Shown: positions 38,648 to 50,694 of the stretch, in pieces
Position numbering within the stretch: position 1 is the first letter of the stretch
Layout of the letters: every line of letters starts with the position of its first letter
Origin: Prochlorococcus sp. AG-676-L21
GTDB lineage: Bacteria > Cyanobacteriota > Cyanobacteriia > PCC-6307 > Cyanobiaceae
Assembly (NCBI GenBank): GCA_003210915.1
Contig: QCUA01000001.1
Span: 8,527 to 72,526 of the forward strand
Direction: 5' to 3'
DNA length: 64,000 nucleotides
The notes under the pieces: generated by a model
What the model saw: the letters and a program-made list of their open reading frames with translations, nothing else
The model's database searches: none
Told to the model about the DNA's origin: nothing
Translations under genes and position numbers: made by a program

Positions 38648-40339
38648 ATGAATCATACTAATTTGGATATAGAAGCATTTCAATATAATCATATATTTAA
38701 TCTCCTCCAGGATATTTTTGGATTTAATGAAATAAAATATGGAGATTTCGTAAAAGATACTTTAAAAATATTATTAGAATTTGAGAAAAATGGTGAAACT
38801 ATTGTAGAGGTTGATAAAAGGTTAATATTATTTGATTTATTAAAAGATGGATGGCCTAATGAACATTTAGCAGTTCTCAAAGATTTAGGATTATTAAACT
38901 CCTTTAATTCCCCATTCATATTTAGTGATAGGAAATTATCATTAGCAAAATGGTCGGGAAAGATAAATAGAGTTATAAATATCTTCTTAAAGAAAATAGA
39001 TAAAATTCCAATAAAAAAAAATGATGATAATAAACTTCATCAAATAAAACATATTTTTAAAAGTTCTAATTTAGTATTTCTTCAAGGAGGACCAGGAACA
39101 GGTAAAACTACTTTAATTATAAATTTTATCTTGCATTCTTTGAAAAGTGAAAGTTTTTTAAATATAGGACTCGCAGCACCTACTGGAAAAGCTACCTCTA
39201 GACTAAAAGAATCTCTTAATGAACAAAAAGATATTTTTTTTAGTAAAAGTCTTGATCAAATAGAATGTCAAACTTTACATAAATGGATTTTTAATTCTAA
39301 ACATAAAGATATTAAATTAAAATTTAAATTAAAGGAATTAGATATTTTTATTATTGATGAAATGTCAATGGTAAATATTGATATTATTGAATTAATTTTA
39401 GATTTATTAGCTAAAGATTGTAAAATAATCTTAGTTGGTGATAGAAATCAATTACCTCCAGTAAAAAATTCTTCTATTTGGAATTATTTATTCGAATATT
39501 CTGATAATAAGGTAATAAAATCTTGTATAGTTAATCTCAATAAAACTTATAGAAATAGTGGGGATATTGAATTACTTAGTAATCTTATTTTTAATAATAG
39601 AAATTCCTTATTTCAGAAAAAGATCAAGGAATTAGAAAATGGTAAAAAATCAAAAGAAGTTAATATCTTAAAAAGCATTAATAAGAATATTCCTCTAGGT
39701 CTATTAAATGAAATTGAAGTTTATATAAATAAATTACGAACTTCAACATCAAAATTAAGTAAAAAAGAATATATCTTTCAAAATTCAATTGGAGATTTAA
39801 TGAGCTATGAAAAAGACTTAATAAATAATATTTTTAAAGATTTACAAAGTCACCTTATCCTTTGTGAGAAGAATACTGGGACATGGAGCGTAGAGAATAT
39901 AAATGATATAGTTTTAGGCCAGAGAAAACCCTATGATCTTATTAACCTTGAAGAAGGGATCCCCATAATGTGTACTGAAAATAATAACGAACTCGGAATT
40001 TCAAATGGAGATATTGGAGTTTTAATAGGAAAAAATGAAAAACGAAAATTTCTTTTTAGGAAATTTAATGATAATAATGATCTTGTAGTTGACTTTATTG
40101 AGCCATCAACTCTAGATAAAGTCGTGCCAGCAATAGCTATCACAATTCATAAATCTCAAGGAAGCGAATCTGAAAAAGTAAGTATTTTGTGGACTCAAAA
40201 ATCTCAAAATAATAAATACAAGGAAGATCTTAAAGTTAATAGTAAAAAAATGTTTTTTAGAGATAGTTATGAGAAGAGATTACTCTATACCGCAATTACA
40301 AGAGCAAAAGATTTTTTGGATATTTATTTTTTGAATTAA
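38648..40339 (+). CDS. recD: Exodeoxyribonuclease V alpha subunit
   Basis: GGPGTGKT, APTGKA, TIHKSQGSE, LLYTAITRA. Confidence 0.93.
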   Translation: MNHTNLDIEAFQYNHIFNLLQDIFGFNEIKYGDFVKDTLKILLEFEKNGETIVEVDKRLILFDLLKDGWPNEHLAVLKDLGLLNSFNSPFIFSDRKLSLAKWSGKINRVINIFLKKIDKIPIKKNDDNKLHQIKHIFKSSNLVFLQGGPGTGKTTLIINFILHSLKSESFLNIGLAAPTGKATSRLKESLNEQKDIFFSKSLDQIECQTLHKWIFNSKHKDIKLKFKLKELDIFIIDEMSMVNIDIIELILDLLAKDCKIILVGDRNQLPPVKNSSIWNYLFEYSDNKVIKSCIVNLNKTYRNSGDIELLSNLIFNNRNSLFQKKIKELENGKKSKEVNILKSINKNIPLGLLNEIEVYINKLRTSTSKLSKKEYIFQNSIGDLMSYEKDLINNIFKDLQSHLILCEKNTGTWSVENINDIVLGQRKPYDLINLEEGIPIMCTENNNELGISNGDIGVLIGKNEKRKFLFRKFNDNNDLVVDFIEPSTLDKVVPAIAITIHKSQGSESEKVSILWTQKSQNNKYKEDLKVNSKKMFFRDSYEKRLLYTAITRAKDFLDIYFLN

Positions 40340-40476
40340 GTTTTAATTTCGAGAAATCAGATTTATCTTTACCTCCAGATGTTAGATTAGTAATTCGGCT
40401 CTGAAAGGCTAGTCAACAATTTAAGATTCTTTAGATAAATGTTGAATGCCTGATCAGTAGATAATCAGGCATTTTA

Positions 40477-42255
40477 ATGACTTCAAATAAAGAAAATCAA
40501 TTAGTAGAAAAAAATGATGATAATTTGGGGGTAAAAAATATCTCTAAAGATCATTCAATTGAATCGGAAAAAAAAATAGAAGTTATCGAAGATGAGAGTT
40601 CTCATAAAGAAGAAGATATTTATAATGGATTTGCTTGCTTTGGATTTAATAAATTAATATTAAATTCACTAGAAAGTAAAGGATACAAAACTCCTACACC
40701 CATACAAAAAGCAGCAATTCCAGAATTAATGCTTGGAAGAGATTTGTTAGGACAAGCTCAAACGGGTACAGGTAAAACAGCCGCCTTTGCTCTCCCATTA
40801 ATAGAAAAGCTTGAAAATAATAAAGAATCAAACGCTAAAGTTTTGGTTATGACCCCAACAAGAGAGTTGGCTACTCAAGTAGCAGATTCTTTTAAAAGTT
40901 ATAGTTCTGAATCAACTAATTTAAGGACATTAGCAATATATGGAGGTACTGATTTTAGGAATCAAATCTCATCACTTAAAAGAAAGACAGACATTGTTGT
41001 TGGAACTCCTGGAAGAATAATGGATCATATAAGACAAGGAACTTTTAAGATAAATAACATAAGTTGTCTTGTTCTTGATGAAGCAGACGAAATGTTAAAA
41101 ATGGGATTCCTTGAAGATATTGAATGGATCATAGATAAACTTCCAGAAAACAAACAAATGGTTTTGTTCTCTGCAACAATGCCAAATGAGATAAGAAATA
41201 TTGCAAAGAAATATCTAAACGAACCAGCCGAAATACTTATTAAAAGCGTTAAGAAAGAAACTCAATTAATTACGCAAAGATATATTAATGTTCAAAGGCA
41301 CCATAAGTTAGATGCTCTAAAAAGAATATTAGAAATTACGAATGAAGGAGTAATAATATTTGTGAGGACTAAATTACTTACTACCTCAATAGCGGAAGCT
41401 CTAGAAAACTCAGGACATAGTGTAGCTGTTCTTAATGGTGACATTCCACAAAATCAAAGAGAAAATACAGTAGATAGATTAAAAAAAGGATTTATTGATA
41501 TTCTGGTTGCCACTGATGTCGCTGCTAGAGGCCTAGATGTTGAAAGGATTAAACTTGTTATTAATTACGATTTTCCTTTTGATAAGGAAACATATACTCA
41601 TAGAATCGGTAGAACAGGCAGAGCAGGGAGGTCTGGGGAAGCAATTTTATTTGTAAATCAAAGAGAAAAACATTTTCTTAGGAACTTGGAAAATTCAACA
41701 AGAAATAAAATTGAAGAAATTGATATACCTAATAATAAAATAATTAATGAAAAAAGAATGGGGAAATTAATCACAAATTTGAATGAAAGCTCTTTAGATC
41801 AAGAAAATAATGAAGAAAAAAAAGCCTTGATGATTGATATTCTAGATACCCTAAGAGAAAAGCATTCTATGGAAGATTCAAATATAGCAATGGCAGCTAT
41901 TAATTTAGCAATAGGTAATAAATCCTTTTTTATTAACGAAGATGAGTCTTGGCTTTATAGGCAAAATAATTCCGATCGTAATAGATCAAATAGAAATGGA
42001 AATAATCGTATGAGAAATACAAATAGAAGAAATAATTATCAAAATGATTCTTTTGAAACATACAAATTTAATTTTGGTAAAATGGATAGAGTTAGAGTGG
42101 CAAATATTATTTCCTCTATTTGTACCTCAACTAATATTAATGGAAGATCTATTGGAAAGATACAAATATTTAATGATTACAGCTTGGTTGATTTACCAAG
42201 AGATTTAAATGGTGAAGTGAGGAATAAATTAACAAATTTAAGAATACGAAATTAA
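40477..42255 (+). CDS. deaD: DEAD-box RNA helicase
   Basis: AQTGTGKT, DEAD, SAT, HRIGRTGR, DbpA-type C-terminus. Confidence 0.93.
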   Translation: MTSNKENQLVEKNDDNLGVKNISKDHSIESEKKIEVIEDESSHKEEDIYNGFACFGFNKLILNSLESKGYKTPTPIQKAAIPELMLGRDLLGQAQTGTGKTAAFALPLIEKLENNKESNAKVLVMTPTRELATQVADSFKSYSSESTNLRTLAIYGGTDFRNQISSLKRKTDIVVGTPGRIMDHIRQGTFKINNISCLVLDEADEMLKMGFLEDIEWIIDKLPENKQMVLFSATMPNEIRNIAKKYLNEPAEILIKSVKKETQLITQRYINVQRHHKLDALKRILEITNEGVIIFVRTKLLTTSIAEALENSGHSVAVLNGDIPQNQRENTVDRLKKGFIDILVATDVAARGLDVERIKLVINYDFPFDKETYTHRIGRTGRAGRSGEAILFVNQREKHFLRNLENSTRNKIEEIDIPNNKIINEKRMGKLITNLNESSLDQENNEEKKALMIDILDTLREKHSMEDSNIAMAAINLAIGNKSFFINEDESWLYRQNNSDRNRSNRNGNNRMRNTNRRNNYQNDSFETYKFNFGKMDRVRVANIISSICTSTNINGRSIGKIQIFNDYSLVDLPRDLNGEVRNKLTNLRIRN

Positions 42256-42264
42256 CTTTGGGTC

Positions 42265-42546
42265 ATGGGGTCTATTACAAAAAAAAATTTTGTTTTAGGA
42301 ATCTTTTTTCTTTTGTTGGGATTTTTAAATTCTGAATATTTGGCTGAAACAAAAGATAATTCAATTATAAATTTATTTTGTATTGAAAGTTTTAAAGTGG
42401 AAATGTCAAAAGCGAATTTAAATTATGACGAAAAAATTGCTAAAGATACTTGTGATTGCTATCTAAAGGAATTTTTAAATAGTATAAGCCATCAAAATTC
42501 AATTGATAAATGTAAGTTAGAAACTAAGAAAAAATTTAATTTATAG
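42265..42546 (+). CDS. Small exported Cys-rich hypothetical protein
   Basis: Signal peptide, C..CDCY..C. Confidence 0.65.
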   Translation: MGSITKKNFVLGIFFLLLGFLNSEYLAETKDNSIINLFCIESFKVEMSKANLNYDEKIAKDTCDCYLKEFLNSISHQNSIDKCKLETKKKFNL

Positions 42547-42556
42547 TAAAACTACA

Positions 42557-44329
42557 ATGAGATCTGCAAATAATCAAAATCCTATAGTTAGGCTTTATCT
42601 GAATTTAAGAGATGAAAGGAGACTACTTTTTTTTGCTTTTTTAAGTTCGATAATTAATAAAGTATTAGATTTAGCTCCTCCAGTAATTATTGGACTTGCT
42701 GTGGATATTGTAGTTAAAGAGCAGAATTCTTGGATTGCTAGTTTCGGTATAAAAGAAGTTCCAAATCAATTAATATTTCTTGCATTTGCTTCTGGGATAG
42801 TATGGTCAGCAGAATCTTTTTTTGAATATTTATATTCAGTTTTATGGAGAAATTTAGCTCAAATATCACAACATAAATTGAGAATAAAGGCTTATAAGCA
42901 TATACAAGAACTAGATATGGCTTTCTTTGAAAATGATAATACTGGTAGACTTCTGTCGATTTTAAATGATGATGTAAATCAACTTGAGAGGTTCCTTGAT
43001 CAAGGTGCTAATCAACTTATTCAATTATTTATTACGGTTTTAATTATTGGTGGAACAATGATTCTTGTCGCACCAAAAATCGCATTATTTGCATTCTTAC
43101 CTATCCCTTTAATATTACTTGGATCAATAAGATTTCAAAGAAAGCTCTCTCCAAAATATAAAGATGTCAGGAATAAAGCAGGTCTTTTAGCTTCAAGATT
43201 AAATAATAATTTAAGTGGGATACTTACGATAAAGAGCTTTACTAAAGAGAATTGGGAGCTTAATAGATTAAATAAAGAAAGCCTTGCATATCAAAGAAGT
43301 AATAAAGCAGCAATTAAATTATCATCTGCTTTTATTCCACTAATAAGATTTGCTATTCTATTTGCTTTTATAGCAATTTTACTTATTGGAGGTTTTCAAA
43401 CTTGGAATAAGGTACTTAATGTTGGAACATATAGTTTTTTAGTTTTTATTACTCAAAGATTGTTATGGCCTTTAACTACTTTAGGCCATGTTTTGGATGA
43501 TTTTCAACGCTCAATGGCATCAATAAATAGAGTGATAGATCTTATAGATACCCCAATAAAAATAAAAGATGGCAATATAAAAATTGCTTCTAAAGAGATA
43601 AAAGGCAACGTTAGTTTTGAAAATGTAAATTTTAATTATCCAGGTAGAGAATCAACATTAAAAAATATAAATTTTGAAATTCATAATAACTCTACATTAG
43701 GAATTGTTGGATTAACTGGTTCTGGCAAAAGTACAATTATTAAACTTCTCCTTAGAATTTATGATAGTAATAAAGGTTTAATATCTTTGGATAACATTCC
43801 AATAAAGGATATTAATTTAAAAGACTTAAGAAAATGCATTTCTCTCGTAAGTCAAGAAACTTATTTATTTCATGGAACTGTTGAGGAAAATATTGCCTAT
43901 GGAGCAACTAGTCCAAAAATTAAAGATATTGTAAAAGCATCTAAAATTGCTGAAGCTCATAAATTTATTGAACAATTACCCGATGGTTATAAAACAATCG
44001 TTGGGGAAAGGGGACAAAGACTTTCAGGAGGACAACGTCAGAGAATAGCTCTAGCTAGGGCTGTTTTAAAAGACGCTCCTATATTGATCTTAGATGAGGC
44101 TACTGCTTCAGTTGATAACGAGACAGAGGTTTTAATTCAGAAATCATTATCTAAAATAACTAAAGAAAGAACAACTATAGTTATAGCTCATAGATTAAGT
44201 ACTATTAAAAACGCTGATAATATTATTGTTATAGATAAGGGCAAAATTATTGAAAGCGGAAAACATGAGCTTTTGCTAAATAACAAGAATGTATATTCAG
44301 ATTTATGGAATGTTCAAGTTGGTATTTAG
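42557..44329 (+). CDS. ABC exporter, fused permease and ATPase
   Basis: GLTGSGKS, LSGGQ, ILDEATA. Confidence 0.93.
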   Translation: MRSANNQNPIVRLYLNLRDERRLLFFAFLSSIINKVLDLAPPVIIGLAVDIVVKEQNSWIASFGIKEVPNQLIFLAFASGIVWSAESFFEYLYSVLWRNLAQISQHKLRIKAYKHIQELDMAFFENDNTGRLLSILNDDVNQLERFLDQGANQLIQLFITVLIIGGTMILVAPKIALFAFLPIPLILLGSIRFQRKLSPKYKDVRNKAGLLASRLNNNLSGILTIKSFTKENWELNRLNKESLAYQRSNKAAIKLSSAFIPLIRFAILFAFIAILLIGGFQTWNKVLNVGTYSFLVFITQRLLWPLTTLGHVLDDFQRSMASINRVIDLIDTPIKIKDGNIKIASKEIKGNVSFENVNFNYPGRESTLKNINFEIHNNSTLGIVGLTGSGKSTIIKLLLRIYDSNKGLISLDNIPIKDINLKDLRKCISLVSQETYLFHGTVEENIAYGATSPKIKDIVKASKIAEAHKFIEQLPDGYKTIVGERGQRLSGGQRQRIALARAVLKDAPILILDEATASVDNETEVLIQKSLSKITKERTTIVIAHRLSTIKNADNIIVIDKGKIIESGKHELLLNNKNVYSDLWNVQVGI

Positions 44330-44347
44330 AAAATATCTCTTCAAAAA

Positions 44348-44905
44348 CTAAATTAAGAAGTTAAAAGACTCGATTACATTAGTAAACATACCATCAACTT
44401 TATTCCATCTCTCTTCATTTGTTCCAACGGCAAAAGTATATAAAGTTCCTCTGTCGATTACTACAGTCGCAAGTTCATGCCTATCTTGTTCATTAAGATT
44501 TAACTCATACTCTAGATCATAAAAAATATGATTAGATGCTTCTCTTTTGTTCGCATCAATAAGTTTGACAGATCGCCCCGAACCTTCGGGAGCAATAACT
44601 TTCTCTACTAAAGTTTGTCCAACTTCTTTCGGATCCCCTAATTGCTCTAATTCGACTTCTTTATTCACATCCGATACCACCAAACTTAAAGTCTCATTAC
44701 TATTAATTAGATCATGGTAAATAATTTCAGGACCCCCATCTACTTTTACTCTTGTCCAACCTGTGGGATATAAAAAGGCATATCTCCCATCGGGACTCTG
44801 ATAAGCCTCTAATCCCGCATTTATTCCTCCACTGCATGCACTCAATGCAAAACATAAAATTATTAATAATAAATTTTTAAAAGGGTTAATTTTCATATTT
44901 TTCAT
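44348..44905 (-). CDS. psbP: Photosystem II PsbP-like lipoprotein (CyanoP)
   Basis: LSAC lipobox, Y.FLYPTGW. Confidence 0.88.
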   Translation of the reverse strand: MKNMKINPFKNLLLIILCFALSACSGGINAGLEAYQSPDGRYAFLYPTGWTRVKVDGGPEIIYHDLINSNETLSLVVSDVNKEVELEQLGDPKEVGQTLVEKVIAPEGSGRSVKLIDANKREASNHIFYDLEYELNLNEQDRHELATVVIDRGTLYTFAVGTNEERWNKVDGMFTNVIESFNFLI

Positions 44906-45010
44906 TGTTGATAGAAATTATTAACTAAAAATATAATAAGACATTAAAAGCAAACAAATATATCCAATTTCAAAATATGCGTCTAAATTGTTTCTAGAAG
45001 AAATTTAATC

Positions 45011-45610
45011 TTGATAACTTTTACCAAACCACTTTCAAAATTAATTGGTCATTTTGAGAAATTTCCAGGAATAGGTCCAAGAACAGCTCAAAGATTAGCA
45101 TTATTTATTTTAAAACAACCTGAAAGTAGTATTAGAGATTTTTCTAAAGCATTATTAGAGGCACATAGTAATGTTGGTCATTGTAAAAAATGTTTTAATT
45201 TAACTTCAGAAGAATTATGTGAAATATGTAGAAATACTGAGAGGAATCAAAAAATAATTTGCGTAGTAGCAGAAACCAAAGATTTACTGGCTTTAGAGCG
45301 ATCAAGGGAGTTTAAAGGCACATACCATGTTATTGGAGGGTTGATTTCTCCTATGGATTCAATAAGTCCAGAATTGTTAGAAATAAGAAGTTTAGTAGAG
45401 AGAGTAAGTAAATCAGATATTGAAGAAATAATATTGGCACTTACTCCAAGTGTTGAAGGAGATACTACAAGTCTTTATATTGGAAAATTACTAACTCCTT
45501 TTACAAAGGTTACTAGAATTGCTTATGGGCTTCCTATGGGAAGTGAACTCGAATATGTTGATGAAGTTACTTTAGCAAGAGCCCTAGAAGGAAGAACAAA
45601 TTTAATTTAA
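45011..45610 (+). CDS. recR: Recombination protein RecR
   Basis: [11 protein letters not shown]4 zinc finger, TOPRIM. Confidence 0.96.
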   Translation: MITFTKPLSKLIGHFEKFPGIGPRTAQRLALFILKQPESSIRDFSKALLEAHSNVGHCKKCFNLTSEELCEICRNTERNQKIICVVAETKDLLALERSREFKGTYHVIGGLISPMDSISPELLEIRSLVERVSKSDIEEIILALTPSVEGDTTSLYIGKLLTPFTKVTRIAYGLPMGSELEYVDEVTLARALEGRTNLI

Positions 45611-45612
45611 AA

Positions 45613-46512
45613 ATGAAAAATAAAAATAAGATTAAAATAGAAAAAACTTTAAGGCTTCCTTCTTGGATAAAGTTTCCTATTAGTAAAGCTTCAGAATTTG
45701 AGAAAATGCAAAGACTCATTAAAAAGTCAAATATACATACAATTTGTGAAGAAGGGAGATGTCCTAATAGGGCTGAATGTTATGCCTCTGGGACTGCTAC
45801 TTTTTTACTCGGAGGATCAATTTGTTCTCGTGCCTGTGCCTTCTGCCAAGTAAGCAAGGGTAAGCCTAGTGAAATAAACAAAAATGAAAGTATTCAAGTC
45901 GCAACAGCAGTGAAAATTCTAAATTTAAAATATGTAGTACTTACATCAGTAGCCAGAGATGATCTCCCCGATCATGGAGCTAATTTATTTGTCTCAACAA
46001 TTAATCAGATTAGAAAAATTGACCAAAAAATTCAAATAGAAGTTCTTACCCCTGATTTATGGGGAGGTGGAAAAAATTTTGAAGATAAAGATAAACTTCA
46101 AAAAGATAGACTTAAAAAGATCCTACAACAAAGACCAGTTTGTTTAAATCATAATCTTGAGACTGTGGAAAGGCTTCAAAAAGAGGTTCGAAGAGGAGCT
46201 AACTATAAAAATTCAATAAGCTTATTAGAAAAAGCAAAATCTATTGCTCCTAATATTCAGACAAAATCAGGAATAATGTTAGGTTTAGGAGAAACATTAG
46301 AAGAAATTGAAACTACGATTCTTGATCTAAAAAAAGTGGATTGTGATCAAATTACTATTGGACAATATCTAAGACCGTCATTAAAGCATTTATCCGTTAA
46401 GAAATATTGGGAACCAAAAGAATTTGAATATCTAACAACTTTATGTAAGAAATTAGGGTTTAAAAAAGTATCTTGTGGCCCCTTAGTTAGAAGTAGTTAT
46501 CACGCTGGTTAA
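45613..46512 (+). CDS. lipA: Lipoyl synthase
   Basis: CEEGRCPNRAEC, CSRACAFC, RSSYHA. Confidence 0.96.
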   Translation: MKNKNKIKIEKTLRLPSWIKFPISKASEFEKMQRLIKKSNIHTICEEGRCPNRAECYASGTATFLLGGSICSRACAFCQVSKGKPSEINKNESIQVATAVKILNLKYVVLTSVARDDLPDHGANLFVSTINQIRKIDQKIQIEVLTPDLWGGGKNFEDKDKLQKDRLKKILQQRPVCLNHNLETVERLQKEVRRGANYKNSISLLEKAKSIAPNIQTKSGIMLGLGETLEEIETTILDLKKVDCDQITIGQYLRPSLKHLSVKKYWEPKEFEYLTTLCKKLGFKKVSCGPLVRSSYHAG

Positions 46513-47021
46513 ACTTTTTCAATTAAAGAAAGTTTTTTTTCAATTTTGTTTAATACATAAGAACAGTCTCCTTTCATTAGTGTTCCCGCTCCTCCCCAAA
46601 TTAATCTTAAAAAAAGGTCTAGTGGACTAGAACCAACTTCTTTTACAACTTTAAATCCAATAATTTTAAAGTATCTCACAAGTTTTTTACTATAGCCTTC
46701 GGTATCGTAAATGGCTAATAATCGTGCTTTGTTACTTACTTTCATTTCGATAGCCCAAGCCATGGTAGATGCCCATATTAATTCCGAAACAAAAGGAGGA
46801 GAATGACTCAGGATCCTTAATGTATCAAGTTGAATACCCTGTTTATTAAAATAAGTCCAACCTTTCATCTCCCCCCATATCTTTACGATATTATCTCTTT
46901 GTTCTGCGATAACAATTTTAAAAAAACAAAATCCAAGAGTTTCTCTCACTTGTATTTTTATAATTAGGCCTAAGGAAAATGCAATATTTTGTAATTCTTC
47001 TACTTTCATAATTATTGTCAA
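46509..47021 (-). CDS. Conserved hypothetical protein
   Basis: QLDTLRI, LIWGGAGTLM. Confidence 0.75.
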   Translation of the reverse strand: MTIIMKVEELQNIAFSLGLIIKIQVRETLGFCFFKIVIAEQRDNIVKIWGEMKGWTYFNKQGIQLDTLRILSHSPPFVSELIWASTMAWAIEMKVSNKARLLAIYDTEGYSKKLVRYFKIIGFKVVKEVGSSPLDLFLRLIWGGAGTLMKGDCSYVLNKIEKKLSLIEKV

Positions 47022-47954
47022 TTAATCCTTATAAACTTTATGATTTTTCTCTTTTAATTTATTTATTTGCTTTTGCCTTTCTTCAAACCTTTTTCTATCA
47101 TTATCACTAAATTTGTTTACACAAAAATGACATTGAATACCTTCTCGGTATTCCTCATTCTTTTGATCTTCTATAGAAATTGGCATCCCACATGCATGAC
47201 AAATTGAGTATGAACCTTTTTTTAATTCGTGATCTAAAGCCACTCTTTTATCAAAAACAAAACATTCTCCTTCAAAGAGGCTTTCTTCCTTTGAAATGTC
47301 TTCGAGGTATTTAAGTATCCCGCCTTTTAAATGGAAGATGTTTTTATAACCTTTCTTTTTTAATAAGCTAGTAGCCTTTTCACACCTAATACCTCCAGTA
47401 CAAAACATAGCAATATTTTTAGAATCTTTTTCGCCTAAATATTTTTCTAAATTATCATCTACCCATTTAGGAAACTCGCTAAAGTTTTCGGTATTTGGAT
47501 TGATTGACTTATTAAAACTTCCTATAGAAACTTCATAATGATTTCTAGTATCAATGACAATTGTATTTTGATCCTTAATTAATTTATTCCAATGAAATGA
47601 GTCAATATAAGTTCCGGCATCTTTTGAAGGACTTATTTCAGGGACACCCATAGTTACTATTTCATCTTTAATTTTAATTTTTAATTTTTTGAAAATTTTC
47701 TTTTTTGAATAACTAATTTTAATGTTTAATTCGTTAATTCCAACAATGTTTTTGATTAAGTTTAGGATATTTTCAATAATGCATTCTTCAGAACAAATGG
47801 TTCCATTAAGACCCTCTCTCGCAATTATTAATAGGCCAGAAATATCATTATTTTTCTCAATCCTAAATAAGTTTTCTTTGAGTTCAATAATTGAATCTTC
47901 TTGAAATGGGAAAAAGGAATAAAGCGAAACTATTTTATAAATATTATTACTCAT
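47022..47954 (-). CDS. trhO: Rhodanese-domain tRNA uridine hydroxylase (UPF0176)
   Basis: [24 protein letters not shown]. Confidence 0.88.
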   Translation of the reverse strand: MSNNIYKIVSLYSFFPFQEDSIIELKENLFRIEKNNDISGLLIIAREGLNGTICSEECIIENILNLIKNIVGINELNIKISYSKKKIFKKLKIKIKDEIVTMGVPEISPSKDAGTYIDSFHWNKLIKDQNTIVIDTRNHYEVSIGSFNKSINPNTENFSEFPKWVDDNLEKYLGEKDSKNIAMFCTGGIRCEKATSLLKKKGYKNIFHLKGGILKYLEDISKEESLFEGECFVFDKRVALDHELKKGSYSICHACGMPISIEDQKNEEYREGIQCHFCVNKFSDNDRKRFEERQKQINKLKEKNHKVYKD

Positions 47955-48958
47955 ACTGTAGAAACAGTTTTATCACAATATTCAAAATCTTTATTGAATA
48001 ACACTCCTACATCCCTTAGTAGTTTTCTGTCATCTTGAAAAGATGGATTTGAGGTTGTCAGTAATTCATCTCCATAAAAAATAGAATTTGCTCCGCATTG
48101 AAAACAAAGAATCTGAGCTTCTCTAGTTAAGTTCTCCCTCCCAGCACTTAATCTTATTTTGCTTTTTGGCATAAGAATTCTAGCAGTAGCGATCATTCTT
48201 ATCATCTCAATTGAATCAATTTCATTTTTTTTCTCTAAGCCTGTTCCTTCTATCGCTACCAGGGAATTGATTGGGACACTTTCAGGGTGCGGATCCATGT
48301 TTGAGAGGACTTCTAATAGAGATGCTCTATCTCCATTATTTTCTCCTAGACCTATTATTCCACCGCAACACACATTTATACCTGCATTTCTTACTCTTTT
48401 AATAGTATCTAACCTATCCTGATAAGTTCTTGTCGTAATAATGTTTTTATAGTATTCAGGACTCGTATCGAGATTATGATTGTATGCCGTTAGTCCCGCA
48501 TCGGCAAGTTTCAAGGCCTGCTCATCTGTGAGCATCCCCGCTGTTACACATGCCTCCATTCCAAGTTCTTTTACACCTTTAACCATTTCTATCATTGAGT
48601 TGAAAGGTTTGCCATCTCTAATTTCTCTCCAAGCCCAACCCATACAAAACCTATCAGCACCTTCTTTTTTTGCTGTTTTCGCTCTATCTAAAACAGCTTC
48701 AACTTCAAATTGAGGGTGACTCTTTATTTGACTAGAGCTATAAATAGATTGACTACAGTAAGAACAATTCTCTTCACACCCGCCAGTTTTTACACTGAAA
48801 AGAGAAGCTAGTTGGACTTTATATTGATTAAATCTTCTATGAATAATTTGAGCTTCCCACATTAAATCCATCAATGGGTAGTTTAATATTTCCAAAATCT
48901 CGTCTCTTTCCCAATCAAATCTAATTTCGCTAAATTTCTGATTATCTGGATTAATCAT
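47951..48958 (-). CDS. bioB: Biotin synthase
   Basis: [22 protein letters not shown]. Confidence 0.96.
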   Translation of the reverse strand: MINPDNQKFSEIRFDWERDEILEILNYPLMDLMWEAQIIHRRFNQYKVQLASLFSVKTGGCEENCSYCSQSIYSSSQIKSHPQFEVEAVLDRAKTAKKEGADRFCMGWAWREIRDGKPFNSMIEMVKGVKELGMEACVTAGMLTDEQALKLADAGLTAYNHNLDTSPEYYKNIITTRTYQDRLDTIKRVRNAGINVCCGGIIGLGENNGDRASLLEVLSNMDPHPESVPINSLVAIEGTGLEKKNEIDSIEMIRMIATARILMPKSKIRLSAGRENLTREAQILCFQCGANSIFYGDELLTTSNPSFQDDRKLLRDVGVLFNKDFEYCDKTVSTV

Positions 48959-49772
48959 TTTTACTTAGGGAAGAAAAGTAAGAATCTTCAAAAGATTCAT
49001 TTGATAATGATTCTATACCTCCAAAACGCCTATTCCTTGATTGATAATCTTTTATTGCTTTTAAAAATTCAATCTCAGTAAAATCAGGCCACAAAACATC
49101 AGTTATATAAATTTCAGAATAAGCCAATTGCCATAAAAGAAAATTACTTACCCTTTTTTCACCACTAGTTCGGATTAGTAATTCAGGATCCTTGATACCA
49201 TTAGTTAAAAGTTCTGAATTAAATAATTTTTCATCGATGTCACTGGGTTCTATTTTCCCTGAGGAGGTTTTGATTGCTATTTCTTTAGCAGCTTTTAATA
49301 TTTCTTGCCTACCTCCGTAATTTACACAAATGTTTAATGTTAAATTTTTATTATTTTTAGTAAGAGATTCTGAATTATTTATCATTAATTTCAACGACTC
49401 CGGGAAAGGGGTTAAATCTCCAATGAATTTAATTTTTATTGATTCTTGATGAAGCTCATTAATTTCTTTTTTCAAAACTTTTTCAAACAGATTTATAAGA
49501 AAATCAACCTCTTTAGAGGGTCTAGTCCAATTCTCCGTTGAAAATGCATAAACCGTTAGGATTTTACAAGTTATATTCTTAGATATCTTAATAATTTTCT
49601 TTAGAACACTAACACCCTTATTATGCCCAAATGATCTAGGTAACCCCTTTTTTGTCGCCCATCTCCCATTTCCATCCATAATAATTGCAACGTGTTCTGG
49701 AATTCTCTCTATATCTAATTCATTAGACAAATTTATATTCTCTTTTTGTTTTTGTGAGTTATTTAATCTCAT
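48951..49772 (-). CDS. uppS: Isoprenyl transferase (UPP synthase)
   Basis: [29 protein letters not shown]. Confidence 0.96.
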   Translation of the reverse strand: MRLNNSQKQKENINLSNELDIERIPEHVAIIMDGNGRWATKKGLPRSFGHNKGVSVLKKIIKISKNITCKILTVYAFSTENWTRPSKEVDFLINLFEKVLKKEINELHQESIKIKFIGDLTPFPESLKLMINNSESLTKNNKNLTLNICVNYGGRQEILKAAKEIAIKTSSGKIEPSDIDEKLFNSELLTNGIKDPELLIRTSGEKRVSNFLLWQLAYSEIYITDVLWPDFTEIEFLKAIKDYQSRNRRFGGIESLSNESFEDSYFSSLSKND

Positions 49773-49775
49773 AAG

Positions 49776-50666
49776 CTAATCTTGAATGGGATTTTGTTTG
49801 TCTAACTTCTTTTCAATTGTAATAGTATCATTTGTATTTATTTTTTGGAACGAATTGGTTTTGTTCGCAGATGATTTTGGATTCCCCGATGTATTTTGAT
49901 TACCTATCAACTTTATGAGAAGTTCTTGTAATCTGCTACTTGTAATAGGCCTCTCAAGTTTGCCTTGATTAGCTAATGATAAAGTACCTGTTTCTTCAGA
50001 GACAACAATACAAATACATCTGTCAAATCTTTCTGTAATGCCTAATGCTGCAAGATGTCTTGTTCCGTATCTACTAATACCCTGCCTTGATAGAGGTAAT
50101 ATTACTCCCGCCGAAATTATTTTGTTTCCTTTTACTAAAACTGCTCCATCATGCAAAGGGGTGTCTGTTGCAAACAAATTTATTAAAAGATCCGTAGACA
50201 ATTGAGCTTCAATCTTTATACCTGAATATAAAAAATCTTCTGGTCTTAAATCGCTTCCTAAATCTACAACTATTAAAGCTCCTTTTCTATTCTGTGATAG
50301 CTTTCCTGAGGCATCAACCAATTGGTTTATTGTCGTTGATGTTGCTCTAAATTCTTTAGGTGGGTTGCCTAGCAATACAGCTAGCCTTCCAGTCCCAAGT
50401 AATTCCATTAATCGTCTAAGTTCACCCTGCCATAGGATGGCTAAAGATAGAGAACAAGCAAGCACTACTGCATCAATTAATTTTGAAGTTAGAGGAAGAT
50501 ATGCATATCTTTGAATAAACCAAGCAAAAGAAACTAAGAATAAATATCCTCTTAGTAACCATAGTGTTCTCTGTTCTTTAACTCTTGAAAATAATAAAAG
50601 TCCAAATCCAAGGGCAAATAGTACATCCAGTAAAAATTTTAAGTTTATAAACCCCAAAAAATTCAC
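49776..50666 (-). CDS. cdaA: Diadenylate cyclase
   Basis: PLHDGAV, GTRHLAA, VSEETG. Confidence 0.92.
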   Translation of the reverse strand: MNFLGFINLKFLLDVLFALGFGLLLFSRVKEQRTLWLLRGYLFLVSFAWFIQRYAYLPLTSKLIDAVVLACSLSLAILWQGELRRLMELLGTGRLAVLLGNPPKEFRATSTTINQLVDASGKLSQNRKGALIVVDLGSDLRPEDFLYSGIKIEAQLSTDLLINLFATDTPLHDGAVLVKGNKIISAGVILPLSRQGISRYGTRHLAALGITERFDRCICIVVSEETGTLSLANQGKLERPITSSRLQELLIKLIGNQNTSGNPKSSANKTNSFQKINTNDTITIEKKLDKQNPIQD

Positions 50667-50694
50667 ATTAAAATTTAAATTACACTAAATGTAC

